From: Takakia lepidozioides
Lineage: Eukaryota > Plantae > Bryophyta
DNA: 64,000 nucleotides
Direction of reading: 5' to 3'
Assembly (NCBI GenBank): GCA_030704615.1
Contig: CM060731.1
Coordinates: forward strand, 12,524,001-12,588,000
The position numbers were made by a program, and so were the translations under genes. The notes under the pieces were generated by a model. The model saw nothing but the letters and a program-made list of their open reading frames with translations. It ran no database searches and was not told the DNA's origin. Of this stretch, positions 13,201 through 26,029 are shown in pieces. The stretch's first letter is position 1, and each line of letters begins with the position of its first letter.

Positions 13201-14357
13201 ATGAGCAAATGATGCGTGAAGGGGTGAAGCCCAACCGGGTCACATTCGTTTGTGTTTGCAATGCGTGTGCAAGTCTCGCAGCCCTGGAAAAGGGCAAAGA
13301 GGTCCATGGTGACATCATCAAAGCTGGGATTGTACCAGATGTCATTCTGAACAATACCCTGGTGGACATGTATGCCAAAGGTGGGAGCATTGAGGATGCA
13401 AAGGAAGTGTTCAACAATATGGCTGAACGAGATGTGGCGTCGTGGAACGCGATGATTGCAGGATATGCCCAGCATGGTTGTGATGTGGAAGCCCTGCAAC
13501 TATCTCAAGAAATGCAAGGGGAAGGCGTGAAGCTGAACAATATCACCTTCATATGTGTTCTCTCTGCATGTAGTCATGCTGGTCTAGTGGATGAAGGCAG
13601 ATACTATTTCCACTCCCTGAGTCAAGATCATGGCATCACTCCTGCAGTGGAGCACTTTAGCTGCATGGTGGACCTTCTTGGCCGTGCGGGGCGATTAGTT
13701 GAGGCAGAGGACTTGATTAGCAGAATGCCAATGAAACCTAATGCGGTGGTGTGGAGGGCCTTGCTTGGTGCCTGTAGAATATATTGCAATGTGGAGATGG
13801 CTGAACGTGCAGCGACATCTATTCTCAAGTGGGATGAACAGGATGCTGCAACTTATGTGTTGCTATCTAACATCTATGCCGCAGCTGGCCGGTGGGATGA
13901 TACTGCAAAGGTGAGAAAAATGATGAAGGTCAGAGGGGTTAGAAAGGAGCCAGGTCGCAGCTGCATTGAGGTTGGCAACAGGGTGCACAGCTTTGGGGTC
14001 GATGACAAATTGCATCCAAAAATTGAGGAAATCCATGCTGAGCTGAGAGGATTGTCTGGGCAGATGAGGGAGGCAGGGTATGTGCCTGACACACACTTTG
14101 TATTGCATGAAATGGGGGAGGATCAAAAGGAATTTTCTCTGTGCCACCACAGCGAGAAGCTGGCCATTGGTTTTGGGCTGATAAGCACGGCCCCTGGGAC
14201 GCCTCTTCGCATCATCAAGAATCTTCGGGTGTGTGGTGACTGCCACACTGCCACCAAGTTTATCTCAAAGATTGTTGGGCGTGCAATTGTCGTACGAGAT
14301 GCCAACCGCTTTCACCACTTCAAGGACGGGGTTTGTTCATGTGGGGATTACTGGTGA
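10280..14357 (+). CDS. PDF-PDF-PLS-E1-E2-DYW protein: 23 PPR motifs, predicted join(10280..10345,10516..10648,10788..10882,11130..14357)
   Basis: Final exon: L-S-(PLS)6-P2L2S2-E1-E2-DYW with intact HSEK/CGDCH zinc ligands and a CSCGDYW end. Upstream GT-AG exons join in phases 0/1/0 to give MEQCWHEYFKDPSQWWDNNNGK|TKPRSPDYRHKQRTQEVLSVDGWLNPPWVKEKL...|GKGPKTENRDEEKLWKEYFSDPSQWWDNRDKK|IYPRRLDFKHKSTYESLWIDSYKKPAWVDGQL. The PPR-DYW call is secure; the exon chain is inferred. Confidence 0.9.
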
Positions 14358-16342
14358 AACGATGTTTTTCTGGAGAGGTACAATTGTCTTGGTTCAACGA
14401 TGATCTCCGTAGCTACTTGGTTCGTCCAACATTTCCTCAGAATATTGGCTTTGACATACTGTTGAGGGCATTTCCTCTGGCATGTGAACCTTCCAACTTG
14501 CGGCCAGGTTCCACTTGGACCCAGCGTTGGCGATGCCACACCGTGGGACACTTTGTCATATCTGAACAGGTTTTGCCGCATTATATTTCATAGTGTGAAT
14601 AGGGTATTAGCTTCAATATTATCCAATTGCTCACATAAGAAGCCATAGAGTTCAAGTCATACTGCAAGAAAGCATGTCTCTACTGACCATAGATGTCAGA
14701 TGCAGAAAAGAAAATTGTGGGCTTGAACTATCATTTCACAAACCCAATTAGATCATTAATAAGGATTACATGCCACTTCAGAAAAGAAAACATTGCCGAT
14801 GTCAGGTCAATTTTCATAGTGCAAGGTTTACTGCTAAATTCTATGGAACTGGAAGCATGTAGCTCAGTAGGCCTGGTTCTCTTTATTTCATATCTCAATT
14901 AATACTCACAACACATTTCTCAAATGACACTGCACATTCATTTTGCCCTCGTGTTAGGTAGAATCTCCTTTTGGAGACCTGCAATGGAATTTCCCAGACA
15001 ACTGTGTTTGCATTGGAGCAATGGTCCAGCTCTCCACTATGCACTGTATGACCGTTATCCAAGGTGATGCGGGAGTATCTCATCTCCCCGAAGGAAACAC
15101 AGTCTGAAGAGGGAGTGGCTAGGATGAAGGCTAGGAACCATCAATTGAACGAATAGCCTACAAAATATGCGCCGGCTGAGTGAATGGTGCATCTGAGTCC
15201 TGAAGCTAACTCGTTCCCATTCCACAGATGGCTACATGCTTGGTACAAAGTGAGACTCCCCTACAACCTTGGCACTATGATCAAATTTCAGCAATGTGGT
15301 GGCCTAAATCCTGGCTTTGCATCATAACACACTGAGGAAAAAAATGGGGAACAACCATGGGAGTTACATCTGATTGCCAGGCTATATTCAGAATCAGAAT
15401 CTACCTAATAGAAAGCAGAGAACACATGATTATCATTATATTATGCAATTGCAATTTCCGGCAGCATACTGAGAAGCTTGTCTTCTCAATTCATGCTTTC
15501 TGTTTTCCATATGGCTAAACTCCTAAAGCAAACAGCTTGCACTGATCAAGGATCAATCCAAACCACTATTCACTCAATAACTACCATTGGGAAAACCTCA
15601 AGGTTGAAAAACCTTGACCTGCTGTTCTTACTATTACAACGCGGCTGAGATAGCTGTTCAAGCAATGATGGGCGAACGATTTGAGAGCGCATGAAATTAT
15701 GTGGCCTACATAGACTTTTGAAGATCAAGGCTCAGGACTGGAATCAAACTGCAATACTTTAATCTGCACTATCTGGAGTTAAAAACAGATCAAAGCAATG
15801 AGACTGAGCACTCTTTGAGAAAGGAACTCCACTGGAGGGAATTATGCAATAGCAATGCTGACAAGAAGTTGGTCTCTTCATTATGAAGGAGCATTACTTG
15901 GCTGGTCTTATGCGACAAAAGAATATAATACGTCACATACAGACTAGGCACAGGGATGAACCAATTATGATCCCACTTGGGGATCAGCATTGTGAAACTT
16001 TCTTCGGATTGGTTACACCATGGGCGTCTAATCATAGCAGACCATTCCAAACAGCGTGCTGTACACTGTTTTGGTCACAAAAAAATGAGCTTACTGTCCT
16101 CAGGCTTAAACTACTGATACATTGCTAGTACTGTTCTAATTGAGGGAGCTGTCTCTAGGATCATGGTGTTTCAATCAAGATATTGAGAACTACATTTGTG
16201 ACAGAAATATACAGAATCTACATTATTGTTGGGACAAACTGCAACCTTTGGTCATTGCAGCACCTTCAGGAAAGAAGCCCAAGAATACATCTTCAAATGC
16301 TTTGTTCAAAGAATGACTCTTTTGCCCATACCTGGCAGAGCC

Positions 16343-19300
16343 TCAGTGTGCAGCACTTTTGCTGTGGTGAGAGCTGTAGTGCTGCTTCCATCTCCAGACA
16401 GTTTTACCACGAACAATCTCAGTTCCATTAGATTGTATCCTTAACAAGTGTGTGCAGGACACAGGGCCAGAACTCGGGGGGCTCAGAGTTGCACTTTTTA
16501 AAGCGCCTGACGAGCAAGACACAGCTCGGGGAGACCCATCCAGAGCTCCATTGACTAGATGCGAGCTTCCACTGTCACTTGAATGCGAGGATTCACCAAC
16601 GGGGAGAGAAGAGTGTGGGCATGACAAGGACTGCACAATGTCTGATGGTGTGCACTCCCGGCGGTATTCCAACGTCATGCTTGTCAACTCATGGGCAACC
16701 AACAGTGATTGTGGGACGCTCTGCCACACCAAAAGAAGCCAGCACTTCAGTTAACTTGGAACAGATCTGATGCTGGCGTTCTAAAACCTGAATTGAGCCT
16801 CCAGAGAATTTTGAGGGAAATTTTCCTATCCCAATGAAGTGTTTGTTTCTATGACATCTGGAAGTATGGGCAGTCCAACTTAATTCTATCATTTAAGGGT
16901 GGTGACAGAGCAGTGCAGAGCATAATGTGCGTATGTAAAGGACAGCACATAGGAAAAAGTGGTTACCTCCAACACCCAGCCAATATACTTCACATTGTTG
17001 ACATGCTGGTTCATATCCATATCGTTGAGACGAGGCTGTGTTCATTTGCACATTCCATCACGTCATCAGATTGAATCTTCACAAGATATATCAGAGCTGC
17101 ACTGGGCACTTCGCATACATTGTGACCTGTCATGGAATGACTTCGCCATCATAGATACCTGATGTACTAAGCAATTTAAGGTTTTTCAACATAGCCAGGT
17201 TGTTGCAATAATTAAATTCGAAGAACAGAACAACCTGATCAATGGAGTGCAGTTTCACTGTGTGACTTATTTTGAGTACTGTGTTCATAAGAAATCATGG
17301 AATGTGCATCACCCCCTCCCCATCCACTAGCTTCTGTTTCATTGAGATACATCATTGTGCAAAACACTGAGAGAACAGGCAGCTGAAATGAATTGGAAGG
17401 TGCCACATGTGGTGATTTGTCTTTCCGAGGCTTCAGAGTAGTTACCACGAGGTCAGAACGAACATAGGGCGCAGCATCGGTGAGTTTTCCAATCTTCTCG
17501 CCGGGGTCGTCCTTAATGACACAACGATTAAGAAAGTAGGGTGAAATTTCAGCAAGCACGTCCTCTGGCATCTTTGATAGTCGCCTGGTGTCCTTGTTCA
17601 TCATCACCCACGTGCTGCAACCAGCAGTTCCCTACTGTTTACCATATCTCCTTCTAATCGAATAAGGGATAACCATGTGCGGCGATCACCTAGAAGAAAG
17701 GGGAGAGAGGAGGCATTTCCTACCTCTACTGCAAGCCCATATATTTCCGTCACACTCTAGTGTACAATACACTCGTATTAATTTGGTGCCCGGCGAGATA
17801 ATTTTAATCTTTGAAAACCTATCAGTTCAAGAGAGTGACCAAGTTTATTAGTACTCATCACACCTGGTGGCACGGGAGATGATTTGACCGGTTGTGTAGT
17901 CACGAACAAGGAAGTCACGGCGCATGCCGTTCTTGCCCTCTGCAGCCACCCATGAGTCTATTTCCACAACGTCCCCCCTGCAATCATTTCTAACTGACGT
18001 TATTCTCCAATTCCCGATGATACACATGATCCTACTACACTTCTAGAGAGAGAAGAGGGTCGCAGTTAGAGCTTGGAGCAGACTTCCGGAAAATAGAATC
18101 AATTGCTCGTTCAAATCCACGTCAGAGAAGAAACATCAGGGTCATGTTTCAGTAGGAGTATAAGTATAATGCTAGCTCCTACAGCACCCCTGGGATTGCA
18201 AACAACGGCTGACAGTAATGGCAAAATCTTAAACAGAAAAGGCTACCTGTAGAGACCTTTGCAGCTGGGCACTGTCACCTTGTTTGATGATTAAACCAAC
18301 TCTGAATCTAGATCCAGCTCTTTTCTCCTCTACTTGCGCTACAAATCCATGAATAGGCAGAAACATACCAAACAGGGTAGTGATCCACTTCGACATGCAT
18401 ACGAGTCACGACCCAGATGAGACGATGTCGCATCATGGCGTGGGTAGTTCCCAATCCATCTCCCACAAAATCTGACATGCCTACGTGGTTTAAAGCAGTT
18501 TCCTGCAACGCAAGTTGGAGAATATGATTAGAAAAATCGCTTTGATAACGGTTTAGGTGTTGGCAGCAGGGCAACGTCAGTGGAGTGACAAGATAGATCT
18601 CGTGATATATCTAATCAAGAGAGACGAATCTAAAGAACAGTGCTGTCCAGAATGTCGGTACGAGGCCGAAATCACATCTTCATTCAGGAGGCCAGAGGTT
18701 ATCGTAGAGCCTACAACCGTTAATCAACTTGAATCTGACGGGTACCTGAAAAAGATTTGTAATGGTCTCAATAGAAGCGATTTTATCGAACCCGGCTTCA
18801 TACGACCGAATTACAAAAGTCTGCCTGTAGACGAGATCACCTTCAACGAGCTTGCCTCGCCGCAATGAATCAATGGGCACAGAGCTCTTATGAGTAATTA
18901 TTTCTTCAGCCCTTTTCTGTTTGTCCACTGCCAGAATCGCAGCAGCCATGACAGCAATCATAGTACTGAAGGCTGCATTGTTCTCTAGAGTACTTGGGGG
19001 CATTGAGACACCCTTGCTGAGCAGAGTGGCTGTCTTTAACCCATCTATTTTACTCCCAGGCAACTTTGAAGGACCCTCAACTTTTGTTCCATTTACAAGT
19101 GCCGCATCTACTTTAAAGTGCTGCCTTCCAGCCCCACTTGTGCGAACACATTTGACACCGGAATCCTGACGTAGCCTACCTCCTGCAAAGAAATCCTCCC
19201 TGCACATGTAGTTACAAAATTAAGTGAGAAGAGTATCAAAGAGACACGAACCAAAACAGTTCACATGCAGGAAGCAGCTGCATTTCTAGAAGATGTACAG

Positions 19301-19677
19301 ACCGACGTCGGCTGAAAGAGACTGTAGAAAGCTCCCAAGTTGCAGTCCAGAGCACTTGACTCGCAAACTTGTGTTGTTAAGCATACTTGATGATCAGATA
19401 AGCTCTCACACAGGTGGCTCCTGAAATCAGTCATTGCGGAGCAAACCCAAGTAGCTTATCGTGAGAACCTTAGAGAACAATGACCCACTGCCAGTGAGAT
19501 ATTTACGGGAGCTTGATAATATTGAATGTCTTCCCAGGTCACCCACCTGAGGCATGAAGAGAAGGTGGCGCGCCCAGGGTTGTGTAAGACATGGAGATCG
19601 GAGCGACTGGCAGAGCACACCTGCGAAGTAGACGCTGCAGCTGCTGACCCTACTCGCACTTTGGTGGCTGCTTCCAT
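16343..19677 (-). CDS. FATB: Plastid acyl-ACP thioesterase, FatB type
   Basis: Phase-compatible GT-AG exons 19677-19547, 19199-18746, 18502-18369, 17977-17864, 17614-17446, 17035-16967 and 16720-16343 (an extra exon at ~19421-19265 is possible). Motifs: YRQTFVIRSYE, ETALNHV, LIWVVTRM, WGDVVEIDSWVAAEGKNGMRRDF, DMDMNQHVNNVKYIGW, LEYRREC. Confidence 0.9.
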
Positions 19678-22600
19678 ACTAACCCTTGTTCTTCGTCTGA
19701 CCTTGCCTTAACAGCGCATACAGACCGAGCAAAAACTGATATATTCCTGCTGTATGGACTGGAGATGCGAGGAAGTTTTGCTCTGAATGACAGGCAAATA
19801 AAACTTGATTTTTTCCAACGAAGTAGATAGTCTGCTTATTGCCACAAACGCAGGATTGGATGCCTGAGACTCCGGACCTATTTCTTCCACTTCTGAGAGA
19901 CAGTCCTCTCTCCGCGATGCGTAGACTTTCCTCAACATGTGTGCTTTTCTACTGAGCCACTTTTCCCAACTCCAAACGTTCGTTATCCTGTGGTTTTTGG
20001 CGTCTGACTTGCTACTAGCCTACAGCGCCTTGCACTCGCTTGCGCGTGCCTCCACCTCAAGAGAGAGAACCTGACTTATTGAGAAGGACAACGCTCATGA
20101 GGGGGGGACGAGGGGAGAACGACACAGCCGTGTGGGCACTAATGGCCAGCAGTTCTTGAGGGCCGTAATAACTAGTGGTACCTAACTTCGGCTTGGGTGT
20201 TCAACACTGGAACATGAATGCTGCCATCCACCGCGGCTCCACCGCGAGCTAGTACCTCCAGTGTGGAGCCCCCAGTACCAGTCAGGCATGAAGCTGCAAG
20301 TTTGTCCAAAATTCTAATTATCCGATTTCCATCCTACAGTGTGCCAGAGCTGTAATCCTATAGTCTTCCACACGTGATCTCTCAAAACGCAGGCCCCAAA
20401 ACCTGCAGGCAGTGGGTTGTGGAGGTGGTGTGCTTGATTCGACGGTCCTATTTATTCGTTCCTCCTCCTACATGCCGTTGCACCGCAAATCCGAGCCTCA
20501 GCTAACTTATTACCAACCTCCGCAAAGTTCAAACGTTCAAACCAGCCCAACCCCAATCATGTGTGTAGATCTGTTCGGACGAGTGTTCAAACCGGTTCAA
20601 ACAAGAATCACTGCTGAACTGTTTCTCTACGTTCAATGGTAAATGCTTTGGCATGCTGGAGACCTGCTGTTGCAAAATAGTGCATTGAAAGTTTTGGTTT
20701 AAATGCTCGAGACTTTTGGGTCGCAGTTGTTCAAGAGGTCATAACTTCAAGTCTGTCATGTCCGGAACTGGTGGACAATGTTCGCCAAATAATGAATGTA
20801 GAATTCCACACCTGTAACTACACTGCAGTGTTTTGGTTATGAATGCACAAAAGCTAAGCTTAGGTAAGTATGTAGCCTAACTTGAGGCTTTTGATGATCT
20901 CTGGAGTCTGGAATCGCAGAGTGAAACTTCACTTCTTGTCGAGTTTTCCTCCCCCCAAAATGTAACGTGGGTGGCCATCATGAATGAAGATCTATTTACG
21001 AGGGCGCGGAGCCCGAGAGGGCTGTCATTATGAAGAACACATGACTGAAATCAGCCACTTTTTTCCTGAGCCACTATTTTGCATCCATGCACTTAATTCC
21101 CGCGCACGAAACTGGTCAATCAAACTTTGCAAAGTCCCGGGGATATGTAGTACAAAACTGATACATCGGGAAGTTGGGCTCGATGAGACAGTGGATTCCC
21201 AATGAGCAACCAGGAAACTACACTTCCAACTTCGAGAGATTCTCTTAGGTGGAGAGTCTCTGAGAATATACCCCGGGCATCTCTGGCGTAGTTAGGAAAC
21301 AAGTCTATGAGAAACACGACCCTTCGGTCTCCGGGTCCAGGAAGGTTGATCTCACTTTGGCCCTAAAGTTCCTTGGATTTTCGGAATCTCTGCAATCTCT
21401 GCCTCATCTTAGCCATCTTTATCTTGAATCCCCAATAGAGAAAATCAGTTAAAACCCTCCTATCAGGAAAAAGAAGGCTTGACCTCAGAACTTGCTCGGA
21501 CCTCATGAGATATTGTCTGACAAGTCAAAAGTTCAAATAAACTTGAAACCACTTATTCTCTACCTTTGGCAAAGATTGACCAGTAAGAGATATTCAACCA
21601 CGGAGTGGATTATAGGGTTGGGGAAAGGGAATCAACCAATGCCCTCAGCCTCAGATTTCGGGAAAGCTACACGATGGCCAATCAAAAACAGAAAGGGTCT
21701 TCCAGGAATGATTGATATGGAGGTCAGAGCACTCCCCACCAGTGCATTTGATTCAGAGGCCTCATTCTGCTAATGTGGTAGAGAGAACATGCAATGCATT
21801 GTGGGATTACATTTGCCGTGCAGGGAACTAACAACTAACCAGGGAGCTTATTAGGCCAACTATTACTTATATAACCATAGAAACTACAATATCTACATAT
21901 GCGAGGGTCCGACAAGGACTGGTTTAGTAAGTTCAGTGGTGGCGGCCACCTTCGTCAGTTGGCGAGGCGGCTAAAAAACGCTCATGTGTCAGTCCATTTT
22001 GGCAGTTTTCCATGATGTGGTAGTCAGAAAAGCCTCATATGAATTTGCATATGGTGGAATACTCTTGGGAGGCACGCAAAATCACTCACTCATTCATCCA
22101 AGATTCATTTGAGAATCTTGCTGCAGGTAGAATTTGGAACCAGTACTGTCCGGATAATCCAGGAGCCAACTGCATGCAAATAATGATCTCGACCATTCCC
22201 TTGGGCAATTCTTCTGACCATGCCAAGTTTTCGAGAGTAAAGAAGTGATGTCAGCGTGGCCTTTTAGTCGACACCCACGTCGAGTGGAACTGTCTTTTAT
22301 TTCCATTACTGTTGCATTAGTGAGGTGGAGGCTGACGGGGAGGCATCCATGGCCAGGCACCACGTGCTTTGTAGGGCAAACAAAGTAACTTCTTATAACA
22401 GGGTGGTGCCCACGCTGTAGCTCAGTGAATATAGAAGTCGTTGTTTGTTGACTTGCTACATTCCTTCCGTAGCCCAACCTACCCCCGTATAGTTACTATG
22501 TTCCCATTCTCACTTTCTCAGCTAGCTCTAGAGATATTCGGAAGGTGAATGTACAAACAAAGTTTCCCACCTAGCAGCATGTAGGTACGCTATCGCTCAC

Positions 22601-24149
22601 AACTAACTCTGAAGCTTTGAACAAACACACAAGAATCGCAAAGCCCTCTAGATATAAAGCTCCAGTATCTTGATTTTAGCACCATATTGGGGCCATTTTC
22701 ACTCTCTAAGCTTTGGACACCTGATTGCAATACGTTTAGCTGTATGCTTACATACCTGGAAACCCATGCAACATCCTCAGCCAAATCCTCCTATTGAGTT
22801 TTAAACTTTCCTAATTTCCCAGCAAAGCTCTAACAGCATAGGATTTCATCCTTCCTTTGATGGTACTGGTGATGAGTACTGAAACTAGTATGAGATTCTT
22901 AGGGCCTTGGCCATAGAGGAACCGGTGCACTACTTATGAGCTCCTCCTTCTTGGACCGGGTGTCTCACAATCACTGTCAATTTGGTGATAGATGGCTAGT
23001 ACATAGTGGATTAGGCCGTAAAATGAATCAATCCTCCTGTTCATGCATCCTACCAGAGGAGCAATATCTCCTGGAAATAGCTAGCACACTTGGCCCCAAG
23101 GCTGTGGTAGCCTTCGGCTTTCGAACAAGTCCGTACGTCCACCTATCTCAACGGGCTTTGTACGCAGGGATTGTGCAATGGGGAAGTTGACCCGATGGGG
23201 CACGTTCCCCCCAAGCACCTAACACAGTAGATTGCAGCGAGTGTAGTAAAGGCACGGTCACTAGTTTATTCTCAAGCGTGGACTTTGCTGTCCAGTCTTT
23301 GTGCCAACAGACACTAGACACTACCTACAATGAATCCCAAAATGACATTGCTATGGAGGCAGAGCACACATGTGCCAAGCCTCGAGGGCTCAAGTCAGTC
23401 TGAATCTCTTATATACTTTTTTTGTTGAACTCTATCAAAAGTCAAAACTTCAGTTATGAATCTTGTGAACAATACTCCGTGGATTCTGCATGGGCATCAG
23501 CCAATTCTCTCACAGGGGGTGTCCAAATTGGCCTCTAAATGCATGTGTGTTTCGCCAAGGAAGACACGCTTTGACACGACTCTACTGCCAAGATTAGATC
23601 ATCCCCTTCAATGTGTCCAGAGCAAAATTTACACTAAGTACATGCCACACATGTATTGGCAGCGGATCCCCGATTCCCAAGATTGCATTTGATGGATATG
23701 GAGGAGTAGGTGCAACAAGGGAGGAGAGGGGAACCCAGGGGTGTTTTTGTAGGTGGCTTCACCTTCCAAGTTCCCACCAACAAAAACGCTGGGAGTTGAG
23801 AGAGATGCCTAATCAAAGCCTAACATCGCCTGCTCTGCGAGGCCCATGCATCCAGCACAGTGGTCGATGTACGAAAGGAAGAGCAGACACTTAAGACCCA
23901 GGCAGGCCCTCTTTACTAGCCATGATGCTGCTCTTAGTATGGCCTGCCAGGCTTTTGAGCTGCCTCATGACCCCTCATCACCTTTTCTTTAATAAGACCT
24001 CTGCACACTCATAAATGCTTGGGCATATTTCATACTTTTTCTTCTCTTTTCTTTTTCTTTTCTTTTTCTTCATTGGGATTATTAGGAGGGAATGCTTTCT
24101 TATGCTATATATATGATTCACCCCACACCCAGAAGGCTGCTCCTCAATA

Positions 24150-24375
24150 AGACCCTCAATACATTTCGGTATGGTCAGACCCCTCAACTCATGATGAACC
24201 CAACAAAATAGAAGTCCCTCAATAGAGTTCGGCTTGGTCAGACCCTCAATTCCGGACGAACCCAACAAAAATATGAACAAAACCCAACACAATATAAGTC
24301 CCTCAATAGAGTTCGGTTTGGTCGGACCCTCAATTCGCGATGAATCCAACAAAAATATGAACAAAACCCAACAAC
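24150..24375. repeat. Imperfect tandem repeat, ~60-87 bp units, 2-3 copies
   Basis: Recurring ccctcaatagagttcgg(c/t)ttggtc(a/g)gaccctcaat and ccaacaaaaatatgaacaaaacccaaca. Confidence 0.75.
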
Positions 24376-25278
24376 CCGTCCGGCAGTTCTCAGATGGAAT
24401 AGTTCCGGTAGTTGTATGAAGAGTTGCAAGTTGCAACTACCTCACCTCACGAGCAACAACCTGTCATCAACCTGACATTGACCTCACATGGTAAGACCTA
24501 CCCTGATCGTCCTATGAGACTCTCTCTCTCTTTCCTTTCCCCGTACTCTCCTTTAAAAACCATAATGGATGTACACATTTCCGGAAATGTTTTTCTCGCT
24601 GAAAGGGTGCATGTAAGGGCATGCTCTGATTCCAACTATCTTGTTTTTTATGACTTCTGAAAAAGATGGCCAATCAAGGGTCTCATTGCGTCGCAATGCG
24701 AATTATTGTACCAACTGTTGGGGGTGAGGGTCCAATCTACAAAGTGACTACCTACTCATGCACTGTATGTATATATCCTACCAAACATACACTCTATAAA
24801 TTAACGAGATAATTGTCCCCGCACCTGGTCGAAGGATGGGGAAGGTGAGGACGCCCATCAAATAACTCTCAATGATTCTTTGGTTTCAATGATGTCAGAC
24901 TATAGATGGAGAGAGCTGTTGGATGAAGGATGAATACCCAACAACAAACATAACCAAAACTTATTTAAGAATATTTTAGTGGGACAAACTCTGGTAAAGG
25001 GGTCATTTGCAGTGAAGTCACCCATTACAGTCCACCCTGGATAAATGTTACCACTATAAAAGTTAAACTATCATAAATGTTATGAAATTTTACTCCCCTT
25101 GTGGGTGACACTAGCAAATGTGAAGTGACATTTGTTATTGAGGGCTATGGTGAGATATACTCCAACTAGCTTGAGATAATCTCCATATTAAGCTCCAGCC
25201 TGCACCTAGCTTAAGATAAGATTACATCCTAAAACATTGGCAATCATAGGATCATTAGGTAATCATAAGGTAATACAA

Positions 25279-25843
25279 GGGTATGTTGGCCTATGACCAT
25301 ACACTTAAGGACAATGTAGGATGAATTTTTGAACATTTTTCATCCGTTCAAAGTTCATTACAAAGCTGACGAGATAGGCTTTAACATGACTGTAAAAACA
25401 TTACATTCCGACAAGATTAGTGAATCTTAGGTCTATTTGAAGGAAAACAAGACCTGATAAGGTCCATAGTGCACCCAATCATCCATAACCATTGCTACCT
25501 AATTATTTTTACATGCTGTTAACTGTGTAACACGGGGTTTAATTAGTCATATGTCCATATGGTCTATGACCGTTCAACACAACATCACGCCGTCCCACAA
25601 TAGAAAGGGAGTTTTAGAGCACTTAAGGACATATAACGCCATTCAACCTCGTGCCTACATACAAATAGGCTTTATTCTTAAAACGTAGCGACCTAGGTGT
25701 GAGGCAAGATGGAAGCGAATAATAACCAGTGAAAGCAGTGGCAAATGTGGCCTGTACTCATAGGTAGAGATGCATTCATCTATAGGACAATGGGGCGTAC
25801 TATGCGGTCATAGGTCCCTGTTCGGTGTTAGGCCAACATACCC
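25279..25843. mobile_element. PIF/Harbinger (Tourist)-like MITE
   Basis: 15-bp terminal inverted repeats GGGTATGTTGGCCTA / TAGGCCAACATACCC, flanks CAA / TAA (imperfect TAA target duplication), non-coding AT-rich interior. Confidence 0.55.
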
Positions 25844-26029
25844 TAACGTGATTAGAAGCTAATACAATACAACAAGATGTATGTTTAGCGTTTCTAGACT
25901 TAGATGGAGATTGTTATTGAGAGACAGGATTGCCTATGTGCTAGTTGTATCTACATCAAATGTTTTCCAAATATATGGTATTGGGATTATGTCTCCAACC
26001 GCTCATGTAGTGCTATGTAAGGTGTCATT

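Noticed and set aside
6308-13499. Long antisense ORFs over the PPR genes (6308-7297 +, 12246-13499 -, and repeated 72-aa ORFs)
   Set aside because: Shadow frames produced by the 303-bp repeat and its codon bias; no independent motifs.
11130-14357. Predicted target pattern read in codon phase resembles KR.AYS of ndh/nad subunits
   Set aside because: Spacing and two positions did not fit the motifs I recall, and no organelle sequence is available, so no target is claimed.
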